Counted from the first letter of the stretch, positions 38,532-47,306 are shown. The stretch is DNA of 57,698 nucleotides from Aeromonadales bacterium (GCA_011322365.1 DRNA01000005.1:1-57698); one strand, 5' to 3'. Numbers and translations: made by a program. Notes: generated by a model from the letters alone, not told the origin.

Positions 38532-39706
38532 TTTTGTGTATCCCATCGACTTGAAATGAGTTTAATATTTGTAGAAGCGCCTAATTGTTCTACTTGCTTG
38601 AAGGTCATTTGCGAGACATTTCCTTTAACAACAAGCCCTCTTATTCCAACTGCCCAAAAAGTACCATCTGGTGTAATTGAAACACCTCCTAACCATGAAA
38701 AATCAAGAGAAAAACCATCAGACTTTTTGATGGCTGAAATCTTATTATTCTTAATTTTTACTATAACCGAACGCCCGACAGCCAAAGCTGTTCCATCTTT
38801 TCCAACTGTAATATCAAAAAGATGTTCAGAGGTATTACCTGGGTATTTTGAAAGCACGTATTCTATTGCTGGTCTATATGTCAAACCTTTTTCAGGGGGG
38901 ATATACTTCCTATGTTTTCGTTTTGCCTTTGCTCTAGCCTTGGCTTCTTTTTTCTTATTTTTTATTTTTACGCTTTCGTCAATTGCCAATCTTTCGTCTT
39001 CAGTTGCTACGGTTAAACCAACTATTGTTCCCTCTAAACCAACAACGTAAATAGAATCATTATTACCATCAACTGATAAATAGGTGATTTTGTTGTCTAC
39101 AGGTGTTACCACCCAATGTTGCCCTCCATCTTCGGTATGTGCAATTACACCAAATTCTCCCACAGTGATAGCTGTATTTTTGTTTATGATATAAATACCA
39201 TGTAAGCGTGGAGTATCTCTTCCAGTGAAGCCTGTTAAAACTTGTTTCGTCCAATGTTTTCCACCATCTTCTGTCTTCCAGATATTCGCTTCATGACCAA
39301 CAACCCAGCCAATATTCTTGTCTATAAAGGCCACATCCCTCAAATATATATTATCTACATGGTGTTGAATGGCCCAATGACTACCACCATCAGTCGTATG
39401 AAAAATATCTCCTCTATGGCCGACAGCCCAGCCATTATCTTCATCGACAAAAGAAACTTTACGAATAAGTTCATTTTTCCCGATATAATTTGCCTGCCAG
39501 TTTTTGCCTCCATCATGTGTTGTTAGTACAGTACCTCCATAGCCAGCAATAACACCAAATTCATTGTTTACAAAGTCCACAGCAAATAGATTATCAGGCC
39601 AGAGCCTCTTCACTTTTTGGCTTTCATTGGCTAGTAAGTTAATACCATTGATTGTAATAAGAACATAAAATACGGTTTTAACAAACTGCTTCATAGAATT
39701 ATTCAA
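38528..39706 (-). CDS. BNR/Ycf48-like beta-propeller protein (secreted)
   Basis: 392 aa with a TTG start 5 nt after GAGGGG. Repeated D-G-G-x-x-W motifs (THDGGKNW, TTDGGSHW, TEDGGKHW, TEDGGQHW). N-terminal signal-like helix. Confidence 0.8.
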   Translation of the reverse strand: MNNSMKQFVKTVFYVLITINGINLLANESQKVKRLWPDNLFAVDFVNNEFGVIAGYGGTVLTTHDGGKNWQANYIGKNELIRKVSFVDEDNGWAVGHRGDIFHTTDGGSHWAIQHHVDNIYLRDVAFIDKNIGWVVGHEANIWKTEDGGKHWTKQVLTGFTGRDTPRLHGIYIINKNTAITVGEFGVIAHTEDGGQHWVVTPVDNKITYLSVDGNNDSIYVVGLEGTIVGLTVATEDERLAIDESVKIKNKKKEAKARAKAKRKHRKYIPPEKGLTYRPAIEYVLSKYPGNTSEHLFDITVGKDGTALAVGRSVIVKIKNNKISAIKKSDGFSLDFSWLGGVSITPDGTFWAVGIRGLVVKGNVSQMTFKQVEQLGASTNIKLISSRWDTQK

Positions 39707-39814
39707 AAGAACCCCTCAACAAAACTTTCTTATAAATTATTATTATCATCAGTTACAAAATTAATCTTAATTCTGCTCACTGGTATTTAAAATCATTCTC
39801 ATCCACATTAATAA

Positions 39815-39830
39815 AGCAATAATTAAGCCA
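39815..39830 (-). promoter_or_regulatory. Sigma-54 (-24/-12) promoter upstream of the BNR-RND-DUF1302-DUF1329 module
   Basis: Minus strand reads TGGCTTAATTATTGCT, with GG and GC at canonical spacing and a perfect -12 TTGCT. It lies 109 nt upstream of start 39706. Confidence 0.6.
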
Positions 39831-39859
39831 ACTACGCGCCATGCCAACAAACTCTTTGA

Positions 39860-39872
39860 TATCAAATAGTTA
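39860..39872. promoter_or_regulatory. Candidate IHF site between the enhancer motif and the -24/-12 promoter
   Basis: TATCAAATAGTTA fits WATCAANNNNTTR exactly. It lies 30-42 bp upstream of the -24 element. Confidence 0.35.
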
Positions 39873-39958
39873 CAGCTTTCTTTTCAAGTGATTCTTACAG
39901 AGGGGGTTTTTATTATTGTATGTAATATCGTGATATGGCAGAAAATAATAGATTGTTT

Positions 39959-39972
39959 TTCAAATGACAAAA
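39959..39972. promoter_or_regulatory. Candidate enhancer (UAS) motif shared with the 31.2-kb promoter region
   Basis: TTCAAATGACAAAA is identical to 31184..31197. It lies ~130-140 bp upstream of the -24 element, a typical distance for XylR/DmpR-type activators. Confidence 0.35.
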
Positions 39973-40111
39973 TCATAGAATTTGCATATAAATTTAAACT
40001 AAATTTTAGAGTATTAGTTTATTTTTTTAACGGAAAAATAGAAGACATTCAACTTTTATTGAATTGTCGATAGTAAAAATAAAAGGAATTTATTTTTTGC
40101 TGGATAAATTT

Positions 40112-41812
40112 TTATAATGTCAAATCATGCTTCTTTAAACGATACCTGAACTGAGCATCACCCATTTTAACCATTCTTGCTGCTGCTGATACATTTCCCT
40201 TTGCTAAAAGTAAAGCTTCCTTTAGAAAATTCTTTTCTAGTTCTTCATATGCTATACCTTCTTTTATCAATTTTGAAATTGGCTTTTCAACTTCATCTTC
40301 TATTGCAGCGAGGACTCCTGAATCATTTAATCGAGATTCTGCATTAACTTTTTCTGGTTGTAATTGTCCCATTAAATGTTCTGTGCCTATATATTGATTA
40401 TTTTTAGTTAACAAAACACCTCGTTCAATAACATTTTCTAATTCACGGATATTGCCAGGCCAACTATAATTACCAAACCATTTCATTGCCAGATCAGTTA
40501 CTCCAAGAACTTTTTTACTGTATTTGATATTATTTCGTTTAATAAATTTTTGTATTAAACCGCTCAGATCTTCCAAACGTTCTCTTAAGGGGGGAATGGT
40601 TACTGGAAATACATTTAAGCGATAATATAAATCTGCTCGAAATTCTCCCTGCTTTACTTTTTCTGCCAGGTCTTCATTTGTCGCGACGATAATACGAACA
40701 TCAACTTTTCTGGTTTTAACATCGCCAACTCGATCAAATTCACCAGTCTGCAACACTCTTAATAATTTTGACTGAGCTCTTGCTGAAAGCTCACTTAATT
40801 CATCTAAAAATAATGTGCCTCCATCAGCCCTTTCAAAACGGCCAGCTCTAGATTTTTCTGCACCCGTAAAAGCTCCTTTTTCAACACCAAATAATTCAGC
40901 TTCAATCAGATCCTCCGGTAATGCAGCACAGTTTACCGCTACAAATGGTTTATCAACCCGATTAGAAATTTTGTGTAATACCTGACTAAACACTTCTTTG
41001 CCAACACCGGTCTCACCTAACATCATTACAGTGACGTTACATTCGGAAGCCGTTTTGATTAATTTAAGTGCTTCCTTCATACTATTAGAATCACCAATTA
41101 TTTCTTCTGGCTGAACTTGTTCATTTAAATGAGATCGTAACTCACTGACTTCATCTTTTAATGTATATAGTATTTCTGCAATGGGTTTATTTGAATGAAA
41201 AAAAGAATTTTTTTGTTCCGCCTCACTCCATTCATCCAAGGGCTTACCCACTATTTTGCAGTGTTTATCTCCTTTTCCAATGCATTCAACTTCTTTATAT
41301 AAAATTGGTTTCCCCATGAACTCACTTGTGTAGCCACTAGCATAGCCAAGTAGTTGCCAACAAACCGGGCTTTCTGATTTTCCTAGAATACGTAAATGCT
41401 CAGCAGCTTCAAATGAATTAGTCCAGATAAACACTCCCGAAAAGTCGCCATTATCAACATCAATCTCTAAGGTTTCAGGCGTAACCGAGACGATGCCTTC
41501 CAAAGCATGTAATTGAGGACCAACAATGAAAGTATCCAGAACACTGCTTTCCGGCCTTAATTGTTTTGCGAGGATTACATCTTTTTGTGCAGAGGAATAA
41601 CCCATTCTCATGAGTACACCCTTAGCATACTCTTCTCCAAAAGAAGATATAAGCTCACTACGCATCGAACCGAAAGCGGTTGCGTGGAGTAAAATCATCC
41701 GTTGTTGACCTAACCAGATATACCCTGACTCTTCATCAAATCGGATCAATCCCTTAAGATCCTGATTATCATGAACAATGGTTTGATCATTGAGAATTAC
41801 TTTTTCTGTCAA
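40112..41812 (-). CDS. Sigma-54-dependent transcriptional activator of the XylR/DmpR (aromatic-sensing NtrC) family
   Basis: 566 aa with a TTG start. N-terminal XylR_N/V4R-type sensor (IWLGQQRMILLHATAFGSMRSEL; V4R Cys pair CIGKGDKHC). AAA+ core with GETGVGKE, GAFTGA and RADLYYRL. C-terminal Fis-type HTH. Confidence 0.92.
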   Translation of the reverse strand: MTEKVILNDQTIVHDNQDLKGLIRFDEESGYIWLGQQRMILLHATAFGSMRSELISSFGEEYAKGVLMRMGYSSAQKDVILAKQLRPESSVLDTFIVGPQLHALEGIVSVTPETLEIDVDNGDFSGVFIWTNSFEAAEHLRILGKSESPVCWQLLGYASGYTSEFMGKPILYKEVECIGKGDKHCKIVGKPLDEWSEAEQKNSFFHSNKPIAEILYTLKDEVSELRSHLNEQVQPEEIIGDSNSMKEALKLIKTASECNVTVMMLGETGVGKEVFSQVLHKISNRVDKPFVAVNCAALPEDLIEAELFGVEKGAFTGAEKSRAGRFERADGGTLFLDELSELSARAQSKLLRVLQTGEFDRVGDVKTRKVDVRIIVATNEDLAEKVKQGEFRADLYYRLNVFPVTIPPLRERLEDLSGLIQKFIKRNNIKYSKKVLGVTDLAMKWFGNYSWPGNIRELENVIERGVLLTKNNQYIGTEHLMGQLQPEKVNAESRLNDSGVLAAIEDEVEKPISKLIKEGIAYEELEKNFLKEALLLAKGNVSAAARMVKMGDAQFRYRLKKHDLTL

Positions 41813-41849
41813 AAGATTAACCCTAAATAATAGTTTTTATAACACAATC

Positions 41850-41886
41850 AACAAGAAAACTTTAGGCAAACTAATGTTTTCTTGTT
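41850..41886. other. Hairpin between dmpI and the activator gene
   Basis: Perfect 11-bp stem AACAAGAAAAC/GTTTTCTTGTT with a 15-nt loop. No U-tract on the minus-strand transcript, so not a canonical terminator. Confidence 0.3.
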
Positions 41887-41945
41887 TAAAGTATACACCC
41901 ATATAACCATCCAGGTTGAAGGTTTTATAGATGAATTTCTACTGA

Positions 41946-42155
41946 TTATAACGAACCTTTATTTTTTAAGTCCATATCTGCCTTACTTATACCACCTACT
42001 GCCCAGTGCTCAGCTGGCACTTCATTGATTACTACTCTCACTTGTTCAGGTTTAACAGATAATGTTTCTACTGCAACAGCAGTCACTTTTTTAAAAAATT
42101 CTTTTTTCTGTTTTTCAGTTCTACCTTTAATGATAGTAGTTTGAATTAATGGCAT
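41946..42155 (-). CDS. dmpI: 4-oxalocrotonate tautomerase
   Basis: The ORF track extends to 42218 and overlaps dmpH. ATG 42155 (behind GGGGA) gives MPLIQTTIIKGRT.. with the catalytic Pro1, 69 aa. Confidence 0.85.
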   Translation of the reverse strand: MPLIQTTIIKGRTEKQKKEFFKKVTAVAVETLSVKPEQVRVVINEVPAEHWAVGGISKADMDLKNKGSL

Positions 42156-42169
42156 TTCTTTATGTCCCC

Positions 42170-42961
42170 TTAAACAAAATTCATACTGATTGACCCCAGA
42201 TCCTGATAACGTACACAAACATTATCCCCGGGCTTAACCGCCACTGCAGCTGTGATTCCACCGGTCATAATGAAGGTCCCGGCCGGAATTTCTTCATTTC
42301 GTTCTGCCAGCATATTGGCTAACATGGCAACGCTTGCCGCTGGATGACCCAGCACCGAAGCTCCAGCACCTGTGGCAACTATCTCTCCATTAATCTCCAT
42401 TACAACACCCAGTGTTTTTAAATCCAGATTTTCAATCCTTTTTACGTTCCCACCGGTAACAAATCGAGATGATGAGGCATTATCGGCAACGACGCTTTTT
42501 AAATCAAAACGAAAATTTTCATATCTTGAATCAATAATTTCCACTGCTGGCAAAACAGAACTAATGGCATCCAGCACATGGGCTACGGTACAACCCGGTC
42601 CACGTAAAACTTTATTGGTTATAACCGCAATTTCTGCCTCAACTTTAGGATGGATCAATTCATCTGTTTTAACGCTTCCACCATCCGGTACACTAAAATA
42701 ATCAGCCAAAAATGCATATATGGGTGTATCAACACCCATCTGAGACATTTTGGCATAAGAAGTCAGGCCCATTTTAAGTCCAACAATCCGGGTGCCTCTT
42801 TCTTCTTTTCTACGGCGAATTTCCCACTGAATATCATAAGCGTCCTCCCAATCCATGTCTGGATAATCATCTGTGATTTTTTTAACATCAAAAGCCTGTA
42901 GCTCTGCATTTTCCAGATGTTCAGCTAATTCAGCAATAACTTCTTTGCTTAAGGTACTCAT
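42170..42961 (-). CDS. dmpH: 4-oxalocrotonate decarboxylase
   Basis: 263 aa, near-collinear with remembered DmpH (AEHLENAELQA.D..K.T.DYP.M...DAY.IQWEIRRRKEERG..IVGLKMGLTS..KM.QMGV.TPIY.FLADYFSVPDGG). Located between the aldolase and tautomerase genes. Confidence 0.9.
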   Translation of the reverse strand: MSTLSKEVIAELAEHLENAELQAFDVKKITDDYPDMDWEDAYDIQWEIRRRKEERGTRIVGLKMGLTSYAKMSQMGVDTPIYAFLADYFSVPDGGSVKTDELIHPKVEAEIAVITNKVLRGPGCTVAHVLDAISSVLPAVEIIDSRYENFRFDLKSVVADNASSSRFVTGGNVKRIENLDLKTLGVVMEINGEIVATGAGASVLGHPAASVAMLANMLAERNEEIPAGTFIMTGGITAAVAVKPGDNVCVRYQDLGSISMNFV

Positions 42962-42964
42962 GTA

Positions 42965-43978
42965 TTATGCTCCTGCTCTTATCATTTCTAATGCTACATC
43001 TTCTATCATATCTTCCTGTCCGCCCACAGTTTTTCTGCGGCCAAGTTCAAGTAGGATTTCCCTGGAGGGGATGCCATGTTTTTTCTCTGCACGCTTTGCA
43101 TGAAGCAAAAATGAAGAATAAACACCGGCATAACCCAGGGTTAATGCATCTCGGCTTACACGGGGTAATTTATCACCCATAATGGGTGTTGCAACATCTT
43201 CTGCCGCATCCATTAAGGCATTCAGATCAACATTAGTCTGAATGCCTTTCATATCGCAAACTGCAGCAAAAACTTCCAGCGGTGTATTTCCAGCTCCTGC
43301 ACCAAAACCGGCAACTGAACCATCAATTCTATCAGCGCCAGCTTCCACGGCAGCGATAGAGTTAGCAACACCCAGACCCAGATTATGGTGGCCGTGAAAA
43401 CCCAGTTCCAGATCAGGAAAGGCATCTCGCATCATGGAGATTTTTCGAGTAACTTCTTCCGGTAACATATGACCGGCCGAATCGGTAACATAGAGACAAT
43501 TGGCACCGTACCCAGCCATGTATCGAGCCTGTTCTACGATTTTTTCTGCTGATAACATATGGCTCATCATGAGAAAGCCAACCGTATCAAACCCCCGGTC
43601 AGCTGCATAGCTAATATGTTGTTCTGAAACATCAGCTTCGCTACAGTGGGTTGCAACACGAACCGTTTTCACTCCAACATCTTCCACCATTTTCAGATCA
43701 TCCACAGTACCAATGCCAGGAATAAGCAAAATAGAAACGCTGGCGTGTTTAAGTGATGGGATTACAGCCTGCAGATATTCTTTGTCAGAATGTAGGGCGA
43801 AACCATAATTAACCGAGTCACCCGCCAGGCCGTCACCATGGGTCACTTCAATTAAGGGCACCTTTGCCCTGTCTAATGCCTGGGACAAATCTTTCATGTT
43901 TTCTAATGTAAATTGATGAGCAATGGAATGCATTCCATCACGTAACGACATATCATGAATTTTAATAACTTTACTCAT
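42965..43978 (-). CDS. dmpG: 4-hydroxy-2-oxovalerate aldolase
   Basis: 337 aa with [10 protein letters not shown] and the [13 protein letters not shown] metal/active-site motifs. Confidence 0.93.
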   Translation of the reverse strand: MSKVIKIHDMSLRDGMHSIAHQFTLENMKDLSQALDRAKVPLIEVTHGDGLAGDSVNYGFALHSDKEYLQAVIPSLKHASVSILLIPGIGTVDDLKMVEDVGVKTVRVATHCSEADVSEQHISYAADRGFDTVGFLMMSHMLSAEKIVEQARYMAGYGANCLYVTDSAGHMLPEEVTRKISMMRDAFPDLELGFHGHHNLGLGVANSIAAVEAGADRIDGSVAGFGAGAGNTPLEVFAAVCDMKGIQTNVDLNALMDAAEDVATPIMGDKLPRVSRDALTLGYAGVYSSFLLHAKRAEKKHGIPSREILLELGRRKTVGGQEDMIEDVALEMIRAGA

Positions 43979-43984
43979 TATTAC

Positions 43985-44884
43985 CTACCCCTCTGACGTA
44001 TCTTTTAACATTTGCTCAGCGAACATCTCCGCTGTTTTGGCAGCGGCGGCGGTCATAATATCCAGGTTACCGGCATAATCGGGTAGATAATCACCTTTTC
44101 CCCTGACCTCCAGAAATATAGAAACCCGCTTACCGTCGAAAACCGGCCCTTCTTTAATTCGGTAACCTGGTACATAACTCTGCACTGCTTTTTCCATATC
44201 TAATACCGAACGTGTTATCGCTTCCTCATCAGGGATATCTTTTGTCAAACAATGGATGGTATCTCTCATCATCAGTGGGGGCTCTGCCGGATTTAGAATG
44301 ATAATAGCTTTTCCTCTTTCCGCGCCACCGACCTTTTCTATGGCTCCCGAGGTGGTTACGGTAAATTCATCAATATTCTTTCGCGTCCCCGGGCCTGCTG
44401 ATTTTGATGAAATTGTCGCAATGATTTCACCATAATTGACAGGCTGAATGCGACTGACCGCATAGACCATTGGAATAGTCGCCTGTCCACCACAGGTCAC
44501 CATATTAACATTATCTTCACCTTTACCCAGATGAGATTGCAGATTAACTGGCGGCACACAAAATGGTCCTATGGCAGCAGGGGTCAGATCAATCACTTTA
44601 ACACCCTGTGCTACCAGCTTTCTTGAAGTCTCAGGATGGACATAAGCTGAGGTTGCGTCAAATGCAATACGAATATCATCTTCTGCTATATGGGGAAGGA
44701 GTCCATCTACACCTTCATGAGTAATTCTTAAACCTTTATCCTTTGCTCTTTTAAGTCCTTCTGATTCGGGATCGATACCTACCATCCAGGCAGGTTCCAG
44801 TACATCACTTCTGAGTAATTTATATAATAAATCAGTACCGATATTGCCTGGACCAATTAATGCACAACGTATTTTCATCTTCAT
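43985..44884 (-). CDS. dmpF: Acetaldehyde dehydrogenase (acylating)
   Basis: 299 aa with [12 protein letters not shown] and the catalytic Cys in [13 protein letters not shown]. The start may be the ATG two codons in. Confidence 0.93.
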   Translation of the reverse strand: MKMKIRCALIGPGNIGTDLLYKLLRSDVLEPAWMVGIDPESEGLKRAKDKGLRITHEGVDGLLPHIAEDDIRIAFDATSAYVHPETSRKLVAQGVKVIDLTPAAIGPFCVPPVNLQSHLGKGEDNVNMVTCGGQATIPMVYAVSRIQPVNYGEIIATISSKSAGPGTRKNIDEFTVTTSGAIEKVGGAERGKAIIILNPAEPPLMMRDTIHCLTKDIPDEEAITRSVLDMEKAVQSYVPGYRIKEGPVFDGKRVSIFLEVRGKGDYLPDYAGNLDIMTAAAAKTAEMFAEQMLKDTSEG

Positions 44885-44900
44885 TTATCCTGTTACACAA

Positions 44901-45695
44901 CTATTTAAAACGGACACTGGTACGGCCTATACCACCAATACTGACCGACATATAATCACCTGGTTCTACTGGCTGCAAAGGAACCAGTGAACCCGAAAGA
45001 ATAACTTCTCCCGCCTTCAGAGATACTCCAAATTTTCCTAACGTATTGGCTAACCAGACCACGCAACTCACCGGAGATGAATCCAGAGCAGCAGCACCAG
45101 CACCGGTAGAAATAACACGGCCATTGAGTTCAACTACCATGCCACAAGTCGATAAATCCAGTGAATTTGGATCAACAGCCTGCTGACCCAGTAAAAAATA
45201 ACCACAGGACGCATTATCCGCTACAGTATCCTGAATTTTTATTTTCCAGTCTTTTACTCGCGAATCAACAATTTCAAAACAGGGCACGATGAAATCAGTT
45301 GCCCTTAATACATCACTAACGGTTACTCCTGGTCCGCACAAATCTTTTTTTAGAATAAAAGCAATTTCGCCTTCTGCTTTCGGTTGAATCATTTTATCGG
45401 TAAGCGAAAGAACTTCACTTTCATCCACAACCATGGCATCGGTAAGATATCCAAAGTCAGGTTGATGCACACCCAGCATATTTTGAACCGCTTTACTGGT
45501 GACTCCAATTTTTTTTCCTATCACTTTCTCACCATCTATCTCAATTCGTTTTTGTAATAACTGAGATGAAATAGCATAGGCGTCCTCAATGGTTATATCG
45601 GGTTCACGATCAGTCAGGGGAGCAATCATTTTCTGCTGACGTAATGCTTGATACAGTTCTTCGGCAAAACCTGTAATTTTCTCATCATCTAACAT
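44901..45695 (-). CDS. dmpE: 2-oxopent-4-enoate (2-hydroxypentadienoate) hydratase
   Basis: 264 aa. The long block VIGKKIGVTSKAVQNMLGVHQPDFGYLTD...IQPKAEGEIAFILKKDL.GPGVT matches remembered DmpE. Confidence 0.9.
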   Translation of the reverse strand: MLDDEKITGFAEELYQALRQQKMIAPLTDREPDITIEDAYAISSQLLQKRIEIDGEKVIGKKIGVTSKAVQNMLGVHQPDFGYLTDAMVVDESEVLSLTDKMIQPKAEGEIAFILKKDLCGPGVTVSDVLRATDFIVPCFEIVDSRVKDWKIKIQDTVADNASCGYFLLGQQAVDPNSLDLSTCGMVVELNGRVISTGAGAAALDSSPVSCVVWLANTLGKFGVSLKAGEVILSGSLVPLQPVEPGDYMSVSIGGIGRTSVRFK

Positions 45696-45725
45696 TATTT
45701 TTCCTCATATATTCTTTGAAAACGC

Positions 45726-47192
45726 TCACAACTTAACACAGATATTTTTCAATTCGGTATAAAATTCTAACGAGTGTACACCACCTTCACGGCCAATACC
45801 CGATTGTTTAGAGCCTCCAAATGAAGTTCTCAGATCACGAAGAAACCAGGAATTTACCCAGACAATTCCGGCTTCTATCTGACCGGCTACCCTATGTGCT
45901 CTTGAGGTGTTTTCTGTCCATACTGAAGCGGCCAGTCCATACTGGGTATCATTTGCCATTTCAATGGCCTGCTCTTCCGTATCAAAAGGCTGTATGTGAC
46001 AACAGGGGCCAAAAATTTCTTCTTTTACCACCGCTGCTGTTTCCGGCAAACCGGTCCAGATAGTTGGAGAAACCCATGCACCCTCTGCCAGTTCGGAAGG
46101 CATTTCAGGTACATCACCTCCTAAAACCACCGTGGCACCTTCTTCCACGGCACGCTCATAGTACGAGAGTACTTTGGCTTTATGTTCCTGACTGATAAGT
46201 GGCCCCATGCTGGTGCATTCATCATCCCATGCGCCCAATTGCAGATTTTGAGCTGAATCTTTCAGGCCTGCCACAAATTTATCAAAAATGGATCTTTCTA
46301 CATACACCCTTTCTGTACCCAGACAAACCTGGCCACAGTTAGCAAAAGCTGAACGTGTCGTACCTTCGATGGCTTTTTCCAGATCACAATCGGCAAAAAT
46401 TATAGCTGGATTCTTTCCTCCCAGCTCGAAAGATACCTGGCATATTTCATCAGCACTGGCTTTAATAATAGCCGCTCCTGTTCGGGTTTCGCCAGTAAAG
46501 GTTATACCATCAACATCAGCATGTTGGGTTAAAAACTCCCCCGCAGAATCAGGACCAAATCCATGAATTACATTGAAGACCCCAGGAGGCACACCTACTT
46601 CATTCATTACTTCTCCAAGTAAAGTGGTCGTTCTGGGTGTTTCCTCTGAAGGTTTCACCACTACCGTATTACCACATGCCAATGCGGGACCCACTTTCCA
46701 GGTCATCAATAATAGCGGCAAATTCCAGGGGCTAATGACGGCGATAACACCCTTCGGCGATCGGACAGCATAATTTAAAGCGCCCTTACCGTCAGGAGTA
46801 TCCAACATAAAACTTTCATTTGGCACCGATTTATACGCATCTGCAAACACCTTGAAATTAGCCGCACCTCTCGGTATATCAATGTGAGAAGCCAGTGATT
46901 TCGGCTTTCCGGTATCAAGACATTCAGCTTGCAGAAATTCATCAAACCGTGCATTAATACCATCAGCAATTTTATGCAGCATTGCCATTCTTTCCGCTAA
47001 ACTCAGTTTCCCCCAGGGTCCTTTTAAAGCCGCTTTAGCCGCTTTAACTGCAGCATCAACTTCCTCTTGACCAGCCTCACAAACTTCTCCAATTTGTTTA
47101 TTATTCGCGGGATTAATATTAGGAAATCTTTTTTGGGATGATGATTCTACAAATTCACCATTAATGAAATTTTTAATTAGTTGCATAGTCAA
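45726..47192 (-). CDS. dmpC: 2-hydroxymuconic semialdehyde dehydrogenase (NAD+)
   Basis: 488 aa. ALDH superfamily with the catalytic-Cys motif FANCGQVCLGTERVYV and the Glu motif FELGGKNP. Confidence 0.9.
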   Translation of the reverse strand: MTMQLIKNFINGEFVESSSQKRFPNINPANNKQIGEVCEAGQEEVDAAVKAAKAALKGPWGKLSLAERMAMLHKIADGINARFDEFLQAECLDTGKPKSLASHIDIPRGAANFKVFADAYKSVPNESFMLDTPDGKGALNYAVRSPKGVIAVISPWNLPLLLMTWKVGPALACGNTVVVKPSEETPRTTTLLGEVMNEVGVPPGVFNVIHGFGPDSAGEFLTQHADVDGITFTGETRTGAAIIKASADEICQVSFELGGKNPAIIFADCDLEKAIEGTTRSAFANCGQVCLGTERVYVERSIFDKFVAGLKDSAQNLQLGAWDDECTSMGPLISQEHKAKVLSYYERAVEEGATVVLGGDVPEMPSELAEGAWVSPTIWTGLPETAAVVKEEIFGPCCHIQPFDTEEQAIEMANDTQYGLAASVWTENTSRAHRVAGQIEAGIVWVNSWFLRDLRTSFGGSKQSGIGREGGVHSLEFYTELKNICVKL

Positions 47193-47268
47193 AATACCTT
47201 TTAAAATAATAGCCTTTTCAAATTCTTTTCAAAGATACTATCTATTTCTAGAGTCCGAGCTTTAAAAT

Positions 47269-47306
47269 TATCAGCTGATCGGCTCAATATCACCGACCAG
47301 CTGATA
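47269..47306 (-). terminator. Hairpin between the DUF1329 gene and dmpC (attenuator or partial terminator candidate)
   Basis: 14-bp stem TATCAGCTGATCGG/CCGACCAGCTGATA (one mismatch) with a 10-nt loop. On the minus-strand RNA it is followed by AAUUUUAAAG. Confidence 0.4.

Noticed and set aside
39888-40073. 61-aa plus-strand ORF between the activator gene and the envelope module
   Set aside because: It has a GTG start, is very AT-rich and overlaps the proposed enhancer region. No motifs.
41946-42218. 90-aa version of the tautomerase ORF
   Set aside because: The 5' extension overlaps the dmpH 3' end by 49 nt. The internal ATG at 42155 gives the obligatory Met-Pro N-terminus of 4-oxalocrotonate tautomerase and has an SD.
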